A stretch of 64,000 nt of DNA from an uncultured Candidatus Actinomarina sp. (GTDB lineage: Bacteria; Actinomycetota; Acidimicrobiia; Actinomarinales; Actinomarinaceae). The notes below the pieces were generated by a model. That model saw only the letters and a program-made list of their open reading frames with translations. It was not told the DNA's origin and did no database searches. Where the stretch lies: NCBI GenBank assembly GCA_902566515.1, contig CACFIX010000001.1:32220-96219 (forward strand). The letters are read 5' to 3'. A program made the translations under genes and the position numbers. Position 1 is the first letter of the stretch. Every line of letters starts with the position of its first letter. Below, one piece after another: positions 10,335 through 21,019 of this stretch.

Positions 10335-11003
10335 TTAAATTTTAGCTCTTGATTGAGGATTTAAATAATCTTCCCACGATATATCATTTGATATTCTGAA
10401 TCTTTTAGTAAGAAAAATATGAACAAGTGTTACCAGTAAAACACTAATTAGTAGAGTTACAAGGATATCACTAGACATAGGTGCATCACCTGAAGCTACA
10501 GTTTCCTGACTTAATATGCTTGCTTGTTGGTGAACAGATCTCCACCATATAACACTGAAATGCAAAATTGGAATTTGTATAACTCCAAAGATTCCAATAA
10601 TTGATGAATTTTTTGCAGTTTTAGCTAAATCTTTATTGAATTGTCTTGAGGCTATGTAACCCAAATAAACTAGTAAAAGTATTGCTGTTAAATTAAGCCT
10701 TGCATCGCCCCATACCCACCATGTTCCCCAGGTGAGCTTTCCCCAATATGATCCGGAAAGTAAAGTAACAATGGTAAAAATTACGCCAGATTTTGCATTA
10801 GCAACTGCAAGTGAATCGTATTTTTCTTTTTTGGTAAAGAAATATAAAACCGAGTACAAAAAAGTAAGCGAGTAGCCTAAATATGCAACCCAAACTGTAG
10901 GTACGTGAACGTATAACAATTTTGATGAAATACCTTGGGTGACATCGTAAGGCCCAAAAGACGCTACGGCGACCCAAACCAATAGAGGTCCATATAGCAT
11001 CAT
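10335..11003 (-). CDS. ccmC: Heme exporter protein CcmC
   Basis: YVHVP, WGTWWVWGDARL tryptophan-rich motif, WWRSVHQ. Confidence 0.93.
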   Translation of the reverse strand: MMLYGPLLVWVAVASFGPYDVTQGISSKLLYVHVPTVWVAYLGYSLTFLYSVLYFFTKKEKYDSLAVANAKSGVIFTIVTLLSGSYWGKLTWGTWWVWGDARLNLTAILLLVYLGYIASRQFNKDLAKTAKNSSIIGIFGVIQIPILHFSVIWWRSVHQQASILSQETVASGDAPMSSDILVTLLISVLLVTLVHIFLTKRFRISNDISWEDYLNPQSRAKI

Positions 11004-11635
11004 TATGATTTTCTTAAATAAAAATTAGTGAAAGAGTAAATGACCATAGTTATTCCTAAAAACATCAATATATAAATATTACTTATTTCTTGATTTACAC
11101 CTAACCAGAGGGGTGCGATTAAAATTGCGAAACCAATATAAATAGGAACAATCAATGTAAATTGCACAAATCTATTACTGAAAGAAGTAAAAATTTGGAA
11201 AAATAAATTTATCATGATTGTGTTCAAGCAAAAAAATAAAACTGATAAACATATATGAAATAAAGATGAATTTAACGAAGTGTTTGTAAAACCTGAAAAG
11301 AGAATTAACAAAATAATTATTTGTGGATAAAAAATTATTAATTCTGAGGATGTCTTGCTATAAAAATAATCTACTTTCTTTATAGAACCAAAATTTAGTT
11401 CTTTTATTAATTTCTGCTCATTTAGGGGGTTTCTGATTGAAAAAAGTGTTGTAAATATAATTAAAAATAAAAGCTCAACAATCAAAAATATATCATTTTC
11501 AACACGAAATCTATTTTCTGACAAAATGGGAAAAACTATTATTAAAACGCACATTGTGGGAGTAATTAGAAATAAAGATGTATTATTTCTAAATTCCATA
11601 TTTAGTTCTTTTTTTATAATGTATTTTTTAATCAT
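11003..11635 (-). CDS. ccmB: CcmB-like ABC permease (divergent)
   Basis: KKELNMEFR N-terminus, about 6 TM, position between ccmA and ccmC. Confidence 0.65.
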   Translation of the reverse strand: MIKKYIIKKELNMEFRNNTSLFLITPTMCVLIIVFPILSENRFRVENDIFLIVELLFLIIFTTLFSIRNPLNEQKLIKELNFGSIKKVDYFYSKTSSELIIFYPQIIILLILFSGFTNTSLNSSLFHICLSVLFFCLNTIMINLFFQIFTSFSNRFVQFTLIVPIYIGFAILIAPLWLGVNQEISNIYILMFLGITMVIYSFTNFYLRKS

Positions 11636-12221
11636 TTAAATTAAATGACCTTTCAATTGACGTAAATGCACCAATACTTTCTTGACTAGACAAAATGGAA
11701 GTATTACCTTCCTTTTCTCTTTTTTTAATAAGATTTAGTAATAGGTCAACTCCGTTCTCATCAAGATATACTCTGGGCTCATCAATACAAAGCACCTTTG
11801 GGTTTTTAATGTCTGCAATTGCAATTTCACTTCTCTTAACCATTCCACTTGAAAAATCTCTAACTAGATCACTCTTAAAACTTTCTAGTTCATATTTATT
11901 AAGAACATTCGATATCATGTTTTCATTAATATTGTCGTTAAATAAAAAATATTTAATATTTTCCAGCAAAGAAAGTTCGGGCATTAGAGATGGGGAAGAG
12001 CCAATTTCCATTAATGAAGTGTCTTTTCTGCGTATATTAGAGTTAAAAGTGTTTCCTATAAAATTATTACTTATACACATGATTAGCGTAGTTTTCCCCG
12101 AACCATTTTTTCCTGTAATTTCATAATTTTTTGAAAAGTTTAAAGAAATTTCTAGATTTTTAATTACAAGTTGATTGCCGTAACCGAGCGTTAGATTGTC
12201 AGATTCAAAAAATAAACTCAT
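11628..12221 (-). CDS. ccmA: ABC ATPase CcmA
   Basis: Walker A GKNGSGKT, signature FSSGM, Walker B LCIDEP; first gene of the ccm cluster. Confidence 0.85.
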   Translation of the reverse strand: MSLFFESDNLTLGYGNQLVIKNLEISLNFSKNYEITGKNGSGKTTLIMCISNNFIGNTFNSNIRRKDTSLMEIGSSPSLMPELSLLENIKYFLFNDNINENMISNVLNKYELESFKSDLVRDFSSGMVKRSEIAIADIKNPKVLCIDEPRVYLDENGVDLLLNLIKKREKEGNTSILSSQESIGAFTSIERSFNLND

Positions 12222-13732
12222 AATACTATTGTATTAGCTTCTGATTTTCTTAGGTAACGCAAAATTATTTGAAGTTCACTTAAGAAATGTTGAAAAGAAT
12301 ATTCCTCATTCAAATTATTGATTTCAAATAAATTATTAGAATCGTTAAAACTTTCTACAAAAATTTGTTTTCCTTGAATCTTAATTCCATGATTTGATAG
12401 CTTTGAATTAAGGTCTTCATTATTTTGTAGTATTTTGTTAAATAAATCTGAAAATTCTTGGTGTTCCACAAGTATGGATAACAATAATTTGTATTTTTGA
12501 GCATTTTCAAAGTCTAAATTTTTAGAGTAATTCTTAATTAATTTTTTTATTTCTGAAATATTTATATCTAGATTCTCAAAATAATTTTTAAACTCTTCAT
12601 TTTTTTGGATTAAGTAATTTTCTAAACTGAAATTTTCTATACAAGCGCATTGAGAATTTAATAATAATGAAATATCACATATCTCTTTTCTTGCATTATT
12701 TTTCTTGCACTTTATTAATTGAAATATTTCTTCTATAGACCTTTTATAATTAACTGCTTTTGAGTAACTTAGAAAAGGTCCAAATTTGTAAAGTGTATTT
12801 TTTGTATTTTCAATTTTAGAAATTTCAAGTCTAAGTTTATTATTTTTTAACTTAACCCAATAAATATTTTTTGGTACTTTACCGCTTCTATTGTAAATTG
12901 GTTTGAAAAAATTAATTATTCTATGCTCTGCAATGAGTGCTATTAATTCATTATCCAACTCAATAAAATTTAAAGTATTTGAATTAGTTACTATTTTATT
13001 TGACTTATAACTTCTCGCATAACTTAGGTGTGATCCAATTCTATTTCTTAGATTGTTTGATTTTCCTACATATTGAATTTTGTTATTTTGCAAAAAACAA
13101 TAAATACCAATTGAATTAGGTATATCTTCATAGGAAAATTTAACTTTTAATTCATCATCAACTTCGTTTAAAAAAGAATTTAAATGTGAAATATTTTTTT
13201 TATTTGTAATTCTTTCATCACTAGCAAGATTGTTAAATACTTCATAAGTTGTTAGAACATCGGCTTTTGCGTTATGGTCATTCTTATTAGTTGTCTTAAA
13301 GTAACGACTTAATGTAGATAATTTATGATTTTTAACTTTATTCCTCAACAGAGCTCTTGATAACTTTAACGTATCAATATTTTCGTTAGCAATATTTTGA
13401 AACCCATTATTTATTAGGTCATAATTTAAAAAAGATAAATCGAATTTTAAATTATGACCTATAACAACAGAATCACTTATAAAAGTTTTAATATTTTCAA
13501 TTTCCTGATCAATTGTGGGGGAGGAATTGACATGCCATTGATATATCCCTGTTAAATTTGAAATGAATAATGGAATTTCAATTTCTGGATTAAATTTTGA
13601 ATGATATTCTTCTAGAACTTCATTGTTGTAAACTTTCAGCATATAAAGTTCAATAATTTTGTCAGTATTAGCTTTTATTCCAGTAGTTTCAATATCTAAA
13701 ACAACAATATTTTTATTCTTTATAAATTCCAA
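12218..13732 (-). CDS. DEDDh 3'-5' exonuclease (DnaQ-like) fused to GIY-YIG/UvrC-like nuclease (Rv2191-like)
   Basis: LDIETTG, HNLKFD, HNAKAD, then GIYCF...YVGKSNNLRNR, FGPF and a UVR-like LDFENA. Confidence 0.88.
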   Translation of the reverse strand: MEFIKNKNIVVLDIETTGIKANTDKIIELYMLKVYNNEVLEEYHSKFNPEIEIPLFISNLTGIYQWHVNSSPTIDQEIENIKTFISDSVVIGHNLKFDLSFLNYDLINNGFQNIANENIDTLKLSRALLRNKVKNHKLSTLSRYFKTTNKNDHNAKADVLTTYEVFNNLASDERITNKKNISHLNSFLNEVDDELKVKFSYEDIPNSIGIYCFLQNNKIQYVGKSNNLRNRIGSHLSYARSYKSNKIVTNSNTLNFIELDNELIALIAEHRIINFFKPIYNRSGKVPKNIYWVKLKNNKLRLEISKIENTKNTLYKFGPFLSYSKAVNYKRSIEEIFQLIKCKKNNARKEICDISLLLNSQCACIENFSLENYLIQKNEEFKNYFENLDINISEIKKLIKNYSKNLDFENAQKYKLLLSILVEHQEFSDLFNKILQNNEDLNSKLSNHGIKIQGKQIFVESFNDSNNLFEINNLNEEYSFQHFLSELQIILRYLRKSEANTIVL

Positions 13733-14524
13733 TTATTTTGTCAGCTCCCACATTGCTATAGCTGCTGCTGTAGATGCATTTATTGAGTCAACATTATTTG
13801 TTGATCTAATAAATAGGGAAGTGTAGTTAGAGTTAAACCAATTATCAGATATACCATATTGTTCAGCACCAACTACCAATGCAAAATTCTGATTAGGAAT
13901 AAAACCTTCAAGACTCTCATCTCCCTCAGGGTCTAATAACAGTACTTGGTAATCATTAGCCTCCAATAATGAAATTATTTCATCATTACTTCCACTAGAT
14001 ATATTTGAATTAAATAAGTGACCTATTGAAGCTCTTATAACATTAGGATTATATACATCAGTTATTTCATCAGATAATAATATATTATTTATACCAAATG
14101 ATTTTGAGGTTCTAATCATGGTTCCTAAATTTCCAGGTTTCTCAATTTGGTCAGGTATAAGAATAGGGCCAGAAATTGTTTTGGGTAACTTGTTTTTAAT
14201 TACATCAAATATAGAAATAATTCCGTCTGGTTTATCACGATAAGATATTTCTTTAAATACTTTAATTGCTACTTGTACAATTCGAATATTTTTATTTTCA
14301 AATTTTCTAATCAGTTTTTCATTATTGTCACCTACAAATAATTCTGGACAAATATATAAAGTGTCTACATTTAAGCTAGATTCGATTAAGTTTAAGTTTT
14401 CCCGGTATCCTTCAGCAATAGATTTATTTTCAGATTTTCTATTTCTATTTTTTTTGAGAGAAATTAAAAATTTATATTCTGGATTATTTAAAGATTCAAT
14501 ATATTTATTTATTGAATTGCTCAT
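13733..14524 (-). CDS. TrmH/SpoU family RNA methyltransferase
   Basis: EKPGNLGTMIR, VGAEQYG, SINASTAA. Confidence 0.92.
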   Translation of the reverse strand: MSNSINKYIESLNNPEYKFLISLKKNRNRKSENKSIAEGYRENLNLIESSLNVDTLYICPELFVGDNNEKLIRKFENKNIRIVQVAIKVFKEISYRDKPDGIISIFDVIKNKLPKTISGPILIPDQIEKPGNLGTMIRTSKSFGINNILLSDEITDVYNPNVIRASIGHLFNSNISSGSNDEIISLLEANDYQVLLLDPEGDESLEGFIPNQNFALVVGAEQYGISDNWFNSNYTSLFIRSTNNVDSINASTAAAIAMWELTK

Positions 14525-15113
14525 AATGTACTAGTTTTTTCTTTAATTTTGGATTTGATTTTTTGTCAACTTCAATATTATCTTCTATCCCTGCAGTAAT
14601 CATTCCAATAATTTTATATGTATTTGGAATACTTAACATTTTATGTATGCCATCCCTATCTGTATTATGTAATCCCATAAATCCACTTTTGAATTCTTGC
14701 TCTTCAATTAATAACATACAATTCATCATTGCTGCACCTGCATCTACATACCAATAAGGAATATCCCAATCTTTTGAACTTACGCTTTTAATTTTGTCAG
14801 AACTCTCGTACCTCTCATGGTAAGCATTCTCATTTAATAAGATAAAAAATAAACAAATGGAATTTGATATCCATTTTGGCTTTCCTTTTTTGATATACTC
14901 TAGCTCATTAAAGTGTTTAGCAATATTCTTAATGTTTTGTTTATTAGTTACTTGTAAAATTTCTATCCCACGCGAAAACCCTGCAGTTGGGATTTTTACG
15001 CTAAATTTTGAGATATTTTTTAATTTTTTAGGGTCAAATTCGCTTTTTTTATAATTTCTTACAACTTTTCTATTTGATAAAAGGTTTTCTAGGTAAGTGA
15101 AATCTTCACTCAT
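14505..15113 (-). CDS. Nitroreductase-family protein
   Basis: RKVVRNY, PTAGFS, VDAGAAMMN motifs. Confidence 0.82.
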   Translation of the reverse strand: MSEDFTYLENLLSNRKVVRNYKKSEFDPKKLKNISKFSVKIPTAGFSRGIEILQVTNKQNIKNIAKHFNELEYIKKGKPKWISNSICLFFILLNENAYHERYESSDKIKSVSSKDWDIPYWYVDAGAAMMNCMLLIEEQEFKSGFMGLHNTDRDGIHKMLSIPNTYKIIGMITAGIEDNIEVDKKSNPKLKKKLVHYEQFNK

Positions 15114-16173
15114 TTAAATTAGATAATTCTTCAACTACTGAATCACCAACTTCTTCAGTAGACATTCCCATTTTCCCAGCTGAAAGAGAATCTAATTTAA
15201 TTGCCGTGTTAATGATTGCTTTTTCAATATCGGATGCATATTTTTCTTCACCTAATTCTTTGACCATCATTGCACCAGCACCTATACAAGCAAGAGGATT
15301 GATGATATTTTTACCTGTATACTTTGGTGCAGATCCTCCTATAGGTTCAAACATTGATGTTCCTGAAGGATTGATATTACCGCCTGCAGCGATTCCCATT
15401 CCTCCCTGAATCATTGCACCTAAATCAGTAATGATGTCTCCAAACATATTATCTGTAACAATGACATCAAACCATTCTGGATTTTTAACCATCCACATAC
15501 AAATTGCATCTACATGTCCATAATCAGTTTCAATTTCAGGATAATCTTTTGCAACATCATAAAAAATCCTTTCCCATAAATCATGTGCATAAGTTAGTAC
15601 ATTTGTTTTTGCACAGAGAGTAATTTTTTTTCTATTGTTGTTCTTTGTATATTCAAAAGCGTATTTTATGCATCGGTAAATTGCATGATATGAATTTATT
15701 GATTCTTGAGTTGCTATTTCATTTTCAGTTCCATAATGAATATAGCCTCCAGCTCCAGCATATAATCCTTCTGTATTTTCTCTGACAACAATAAAATCAA
15801 TATCTCCAGGCTCTTTATTGGCAAGTGGGGTTTCTACACCGGGATATAAAATGACTGGTCTGAGATTAATATATTGGTCAAACTCTTTCCTAAGTTTGAG
15901 AAGAATACCTTGCTCTAATATTCCAGGTTTTACATCTGGGTGGCCAATTGCGCCGAGAAGTACCGCATCAGAATCTTGAAATTGTTTAATATCATTATCT
16001 GTAACTAAATCTCCAGTTTTTAAATATCTATCTCCTCCAAGATCATTCTGAGAGAAATTGAATTGAGTATCGTAATAAGATGAGGTTTTACTTAGTACTT
16101 TAACTGCTTGATTGACTACTTCAGGACCTGTACCATCTCCAGGGAGAAGTGAGATATTAAAAGTTTTACTCAT
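15106..16173 (-). CDS. leuB: 3-isopropylmalate dehydrogenase
   Basis: [37 protein letters not shown]; follows leuA. Confidence 0.93.
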   Translation of the reverse strand: MSKTFNISLLPGDGTGPEVVNQAVKVLSKTSSYYDTQFNFSQNDLGGDRYLKTGDLVTDNDIKQFQDSDAVLLGAIGHPDVKPGILEQGILLKLRKEFDQYINLRPVILYPGVETPLANKEPGDIDFIVVRENTEGLYAGAGGYIHYGTENEIATQESINSYHAIYRCIKYAFEYTKNNNRKKITLCAKTNVLTYAHDLWERIFYDVAKDYPEIETDYGHVDAICMWMVKNPEWFDVIVTDNMFGDIITDLGAMIQGGMGIAAGGNINPSGTSMFEPIGGSAPKYTGKNIINPLACIGAGAMMVKELGEEKYASDIEKAIINTAIKLDSLSAGKMGMSTEEVGDSVVEELSNLNE

Positions 16174-17660
16174 TTATTTAATGCATTTAGGAATGATTCA
16201 ACTGAACCTTGAACTACATCTGTAGATACAGCACGTCCTTGTTTCATCAAATGTCCATCATTTACTATTGTAACGATTTCTGCAGTTGCATCTGAACCTT
16301 TAGTAATACTTTCTACACGGTAATCAATTAATATTGCATCAGAATCTAGTATCTTCTTTACCGCAGTAAATGCTGCATGAATCATTCCGTCACCGGTTGC
16401 CTCTTCTGTCACTTCATTTTCGCCTACCTTAAGTGTTACTTTTGCAGATGCATATTCATCCTTACTATTTACGGATACAGATATTAACTTTGTTGAATTT
16501 TCTTTGTTTTCAACTTGTCCAACAATAGCTCTTAATTCATTTTCAACTATCTCACCCTTTCTATCTGCAATTTTCTTAAAAGTATCAAATGCATTACTAA
16601 ATGAATCATCATCAAGGCTTATATTTAAATTGTCCAGAGCATCTTTAAATCCAGCGCGACCAGAATGTTTACCTAAAATTATTTTTGCTTCTTGGCCTAC
16701 AGAGTCTGGGGACATTATTTCGTAAGTCATAGTATTTCTTAAATAACCATGTTGATGAATTCCAGACTCGTGACTGAATGCATTTTTTCCAACAACCGCT
16801 TTATTGTATTGAACAGGATATCCTGTTAATTTAGAAACTAACCTAGAAGTTTCAAAAATTTCAGTAGTTTCTGCTTTTATATCCACTCCAAACTGATCTT
16901 GTCTTGTTTTTATTGCCATAATGATTTCTTCTGTTGAAGTATTACCAGCTCTTTCCCCGATACCATTAATTGCACCTTCTATTTGTCTTGCTCCTGCGGT
17001 TATTGCCGTAAGAGAGTTAGCAACTGCTAATCCAAGATCGTTGTGACAATGAGTAGAAATAATGACATCTTCATTACCGCCCTTAACATCTTCATATACT
17101 GATTGAAGAAGGTCTAGATAATCCTTTGGAGTTGCATAGCCTACTGTGTCAGGAACATTTATAGTTGTAGCGCCCTCTTCTACAGCAATTTTTAACACTT
17201 CTATTAAGAAGTCTTTATCTGTTCTTGTTGCATCTTGTGCAGAAAACTCAACATCTTGACATAATTTTTTTGCATACTTTACAGATTCTCTTGTGTCTTT
17301 AAGAATGTCTTCCTTTGTTTTTCGTAGCATATGTTCCATATGAATTTCTGATGTAGAGGTAAAGACATGAATCCTTGAATCTTTAGCAACTTTGATTGCT
17401 TCCCAAGCTTGTTCAATATCATCTGGATGACATCTTGCAAGAGATGCAATTTTAGAATTTTTAATATTTTTTGCAATTAAATTAACACCTTCCCAATCAC
17501 CAGGAGAGGATGCTGCAAACCCCGCTTCAATTACATCAACTTTAAGCTTTTCTAACTGCTGTGCTATTAATAGTTTTTCTGACGGAGTTAAAGCAATACC
17601 CGGACTTTGCTCTCCATCTCGAAGCGTAGTATCAAATATTACAAGTCTATCTTCACTCAT
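16170..17660 (-). CDS. leuA: 2-isopropylmalate synthase
   Basis: [34 protein letters not shown]-terminal regulatory domain. Confidence 0.95.
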   Translation of the reverse strand: MSEDRLVIFDTTLRDGEQSPGIALTPSEKLLIAQQLEKLKVDVIEAGFAASSPGDWEGVNLIAKNIKNSKIASLARCHPDDIEQAWEAIKVAKDSRIHVFTSTSEIHMEHMLRKTKEDILKDTRESVKYAKKLCQDVEFSAQDATRTDKDFLIEVLKIAVEEGATTINVPDTVGYATPKDYLDLLQSVYEDVKGGNEDVIISTHCHNDLGLAVANSLTAITAGARQIEGAINGIGERAGNTSTEEIIMAIKTRQDQFGVDIKAETTEIFETSRLVSKLTGYPVQYNKAVVGKNAFSHESGIHQHGYLRNTMTYEIMSPDSVGQEAKIILGKHSGRAGFKDALDNLNISLDDDSFSNAFDTFKKIADRKGEIVENELRAIVGQVENKENSTKLISVSVNSKDEYASAKVTLKVGENEVTEEATGDGMIHAAFTAVKKILDSDAILIDYRVESITKGSDATAEIVTIVNDGHLMKQGRAVSTDVVQGSVESFLNALNK

Positions 17661-18673
17661 TTATCTTTTTTAACATCTTTAGCATCCAAAAAAGGCATCA
17701 TATTTCTTAAATTTTTTCCAATTGCTTCAATCTGATGAGCTGAAGCCTCTTCTCGCTTTTGATTTAGAAATGGTGCACCTTCTCTTGCTTGTGACATCCA
17801 CTCTTTTGCAAATGCACCAGATTGTATTTCTTCTAGTACTTTTTTCATTTCATTTTTTGTTTCACTTGTAATTATTCTTGAACCACGTGAAAAGTCACCG
17901 TATTCAGCTGTGTCTGAAATTGAATGTCTCATCCACTCAAAACCACCTTCATACATTAAGTCAACAATTAATTTAACTTCATGAAGAGTTTCAAAGTAGG
18001 CACTCTCAGGCTGGTATCCAGCTTCTACAAGTGTTTCGAAACCATTTCTAATCAATTCTGTTAACCCACCGCAAAGAACTACTTGTTCACCAAATAAATC
18101 AGTTTCTGTTTCTTCCTTAAAAGTAGTGTTTAGAATACCAGCACGTCCACCACCGATAGCTGAAGCGTATGAAAGAGCAATTTCATGTGTGTTTCCACTT
18201 GAGTCTTTTTCGACAGCTACTAAGCACGGCATCCCACTTCCTTCTTCATAAGTTCTTCGTAATAAATGACCTGGACCTTTCGGCGCAACCATACCAACAG
18301 ACAAATCTTCTCTTGGAATGATCTCATTAAAATGAATATTGAATCCATGAGCAAATAGTAAAGTTGCACCTTCTTTTATATTGTCTGCAATCTCAGAGTT
18401 ATAAACATCTGCCATAACCTGATCTGGAAGAAGTAACATTACAACGTCTGCACCGGACGCAGCATTTGCTAAGTTTTCAACTTTTAAACCCATTTCCTGT
18501 GCTCTTGAGAATGATTCTGAATCCTCTCTAAGGCCAACAGTAACGTCTACACCTGAATCATGTAAATTTAATGCATGTGCATGACCTTGGCTACCAAATC
18601 CAATAACAGTAACTTTTAAATCTTTAATTAGATTTTTATCAATTGATGAATCGTATATAATTTTTGTTTCCAT
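17657..18673 (-). CDS. ilvC: Ketol-acid reductoisomerase
   Basis: [34 protein letters not shown]. Confidence 0.97.
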   Translation of the reverse strand: METKIIYDSSIDKNLIKDLKVTVIGFGSQGHAHALNLHDSGVDVTVGLREDSESFSRAQEMGLKVENLANAASGADVVMLLLPDQVMADVYNSEIADNIKEGATLLFAHGFNIHFNEIIPREDLSVGMVAPKGPGHLLRRTYEEGSGMPCLVAVEKDSSGNTHEIALSYASAIGGGRAGILNTTFKEETETDLFGEQVVLCGGLTELIRNGFETLVEAGYQPESAYFETLHEVKLIVDLMYEGGFEWMRHSISDTAEYGDFSRGSRIITSETKNEMKKVLEEIQSGAFAKEWMSQAREGAPFLNQKREEASAHQIEAIGKNLRNMMPFLDAKDVKKDK

Positions 18674-18681
18674 ATCTCTCC

Positions 18682-19155
18682 TTACAAATTCGTTTGAATA
18701 GCAATCCTTCCACCTCTAACCATTTCAATTATTCCAAACGGTTTCATTAAATCCTCAAATTTATTTAATTCTTTTGATGAACCTGTAAGTTCAAAAACTG
18801 CATAATCTTGGCCTACATCTACCGAATTAGCTCCTGAGAGGCTAGCTTTTTCAATTACAGATGTTTGGCTATCTTTATTTATTGACACTTTTAATAATAA
18901 AACTTCAGTCTCTATTGTCATCTCTGGATCTAGCTCAACAATTTTTATAACATTAACTAATTTATTGAGCTGTTTTTTTACTTGTTCTACTGCATCAAGT
19001 TCAGTAACGATCGTCATTTTTGATCTTCCTTCTATGTGAGTAGGTCCTACAGACAAAGAATTTATATTAAAACCTCGTCTTGAAATAGTAGATGCAACTC
19101 TAGCTAGTACACCAGGTTTATCTTCAACCAAAACTGATAAAATTCTTTCGCTCAT
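18682..19155 (-). CDS. ilvN: Acetolactate synthase small subunit
   Basis: ACT domain [11 protein letters not shown]...[18 protein letters not shown]. Confidence 0.95.
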   Translation of the reverse strand: MSERILSVLVEDKPGVLARVASTISRRGFNINSLSVGPTHIEGRSKMTIVTELDAVEQVKKQLNKLVNVIKIVELDPEMTIETEVLLLKVSINKDSQTSVIEKASLSGANSVDVGQDYAVFELTGSSKELNKFEDLMKPFGIIEMVRGGRIAIQTNL

Positions 19156-20864
19156 AAATTTTTCAAATCTTCTTCATTTAAAATTATTTGGTCGTTGCTA
19201 CCACCAGCTGGGACCATAGGAAATACCATATCTTCAGGATCTACTACACAGTCAATTAACACAGGTTTATCATTTATTTTTAACATTTCCGAAAAGACAT
19301 TTTTTACTTCTGATTTTTTAGTCATTCTTAAACCTACAGCACCCATTGACTCAGCTAGCTTTACATAATCAGGAACTACATGACCTAATTCAGATGCAGA
19401 GAATTTACTATTGTAAAATATTTTTTGCCACTGTCTAACCATTCCATGATTACCGTTGTTAAATACTACAATTTTGACTGGTATATTTTCTGTGGATGCA
19501 GTAATCAATTCCTGACAAGTCATTTGAAAACAACCATCTCCATCTAAAGCTAGTACTAATTTTTCAGGATATGCAGTTTTGGCACCAATAGCTGCAGGTA
19601 ATGAATACCCCATAGTTCCAAGACCACCTGAATTTAGCCAAGTATTTGGTTCAGTAAAATTCCAATGTTGTGAAATCCACATTTGGTGTTGTCCGACACC
19701 TGATACAACAATTGCCTCTTCTTCAGTTAAATTTTGAAGCTCCTCTAGAACAAACGGAACTTTCAAAGGACCATTTTCGTTTTGATTATAAGAAAGTGGA
19801 AATTCATTTTTCATACTGTTTAATTCATTTATCCAATTTTCAGTATTAAGTTTTATATCTCCAAGAGCATTAATAAGGCCTAATATTACGCTCTTTGCAT
19901 CACCAACTATAGGCACTTGAGCTTCTCTTACTTTTCCAATTTCAGCAGGATCAATATCAGCATGAATTACTTTTGCATTCTGTGCAAAAAATGAAGGATT
20001 AGCAGTTACTCTATCATCAAATCGAACACCTATAGCAATAAGTAGATCTGATTTTTGTATAGAAGTTGTAGCTGTATAGTTTCCATGCATCCCAGGCATT
20101 TCTAAACATAACTCATGACCGTCGGGGAAAGCACCTCTGCCCATTAATGTTGTAACAACAGGAATGTTAAATTTAGTTGCTAAGTTAAAAAGTTCTTGGT
20201 TTGCTTTGGAGTGAATAATTCCACCACCAACATAAAGTATTGGTTTATTTGAATTTTTAATTAAGCTGGCTGCTTGCTGAATCATTTTTGGATTTGGTTC
20301 TAATGTAGGCTTGTATCCAGGTAAATCAAGTGGACCTGGTTCAACCCAATCAGATTTTTGATTTAAGATATCCTTTGGAATATCAATTAAAACAGGACCA
20401 GGCCTCCCTGAAGTTGCAATATACTTTGCCTCTTTTAACACTTGGGGTATTTCAGAAGCATTCGTTATTAAATAGTTGTGTTTTGTAGCAGCCATAGAAA
20501 GCCCCACAGTGTATGCCTCTTGAAAAGCATCATTACCAATTGCTTCAGAAGCTACTTGACCAGTGATAGCTAACAAAGGAGTGGAATCCATCAATGCGTT
20601 TGCTAAAGGAGTTATAAGATTTGTAGCTCCAGGTCCAGAAGTGGCGATTACAACACCAAGTTCGCCAGTTGATTGTGCATATCCCTCAGCCATGTGGCCA
20701 GCACCTTGTTCGTGTCTTGCAAGAATATGTCGTATAGGACTATCGTATAACGGATCATATGCAGGTAAGATTGCACCACCAGGCACTCCAAAAACTGTAG
20801 ATACCTTAAGGTACTCTAATCCTCTAATAACTAATTCCGCGCCTGTAAGTTGTTCTTTACTCAT
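19152..20864 (-). CDS. ilvB: Acetolactate synthase large subunit
   Basis: PGGAILP, RHEQGA, TSGPGATN, RFDDRV, GDG..NN TPP motif, MVRQWQ. Confidence 0.97.
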   Translation of the reverse strand: MSKEQLTGAELVIRGLEYLKVSTVFGVPGGAILPAYDPLYDSPIRHILARHEQGAGHMAEGYAQSTGELGVVIATSGPGATNLITPLANALMDSTPLLAITGQVASEAIGNDAFQEAYTVGLSMAATKHNYLITNASEIPQVLKEAKYIATSGRPGPVLIDIPKDILNQKSDWVEPGPLDLPGYKPTLEPNPKMIQQAASLIKNSNKPILYVGGGIIHSKANQELFNLATKFNIPVVTTLMGRGAFPDGHELCLEMPGMHGNYTATTSIQKSDLLIAIGVRFDDRVTANPSFFAQNAKVIHADIDPAEIGKVREAQVPIVGDAKSVILGLINALGDIKLNTENWINELNSMKNEFPLSYNQNENGPLKVPFVLEELQNLTEEEAIVVSGVGQHQMWISQHWNFTEPNTWLNSGGLGTMGYSLPAAIGAKTAYPEKLVLALDGDGCFQMTCQELITASTENIPVKIVVFNNGNHGMVRQWQKIFYNSKFSASELGHVVPDYVKLAESMGAVGLRMTKKSEVKNVFSEMLKINDKPVLIDCVVDPEDMVFPMVPAGGSNDQIILNEEDLKNL

Positions 20865-20890
20865 AAAAACTAAGTTACTCCATCTTTATC

Positions 20891-20916
20891 AAAAAAAAAC
20901 CTCCCGATTTGGGAGG
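20891..20916 (-). terminator. Attenuator terminator of the ilvB leader
   Basis: RNA CCUCCC-AAAUC-GGGAGG followed by 9 U. Confidence 0.9.
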
Positions 20917-20958
20917 CGCTCATCACAGCAAAATGAGCGCTAAATAAGTAATAGCACC
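20916..20958 (-). promoter_or_regulatory. ilv attenuator alternative stems (1:2 protector, 2:3 antiterminator)
   Basis: GGUGCUA/UAGCGCU (1:2) competes with GCGCUCAU/AUGAGCGC (2:3), which runs into the terminator 5' arm. Confidence 0.75.
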
Positions 20959-20990
20959 AATACTGAAATGAATACAGATAAATTTTTCAT
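20940..20990 (-). CDS. ilvB operon leader peptide MKNLSVFISVLVLLLI (16 aa)
   Basis: ATG at 20990, TAG at 20940-20942; 10 of 16 residues are Ile/Val/Leu; directly upstream of the antiterminator and terminator. Confidence 0.88.
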   Translation of the reverse strand: MKNLSVFISVLVLLLI

Positions 20991-21019
20991 TAAAATAACT
21001 ATAGTAAAATCAAAAAAAA

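Noticed and set aside
20563..20943. 126-aa plus-strand ORF and the many other antisense ORFs (e.g. 133-456, 11695-12126, 23070-23597, 52939-53223)
   Set aside because: Shadows of well-supported genes on the opposite strand
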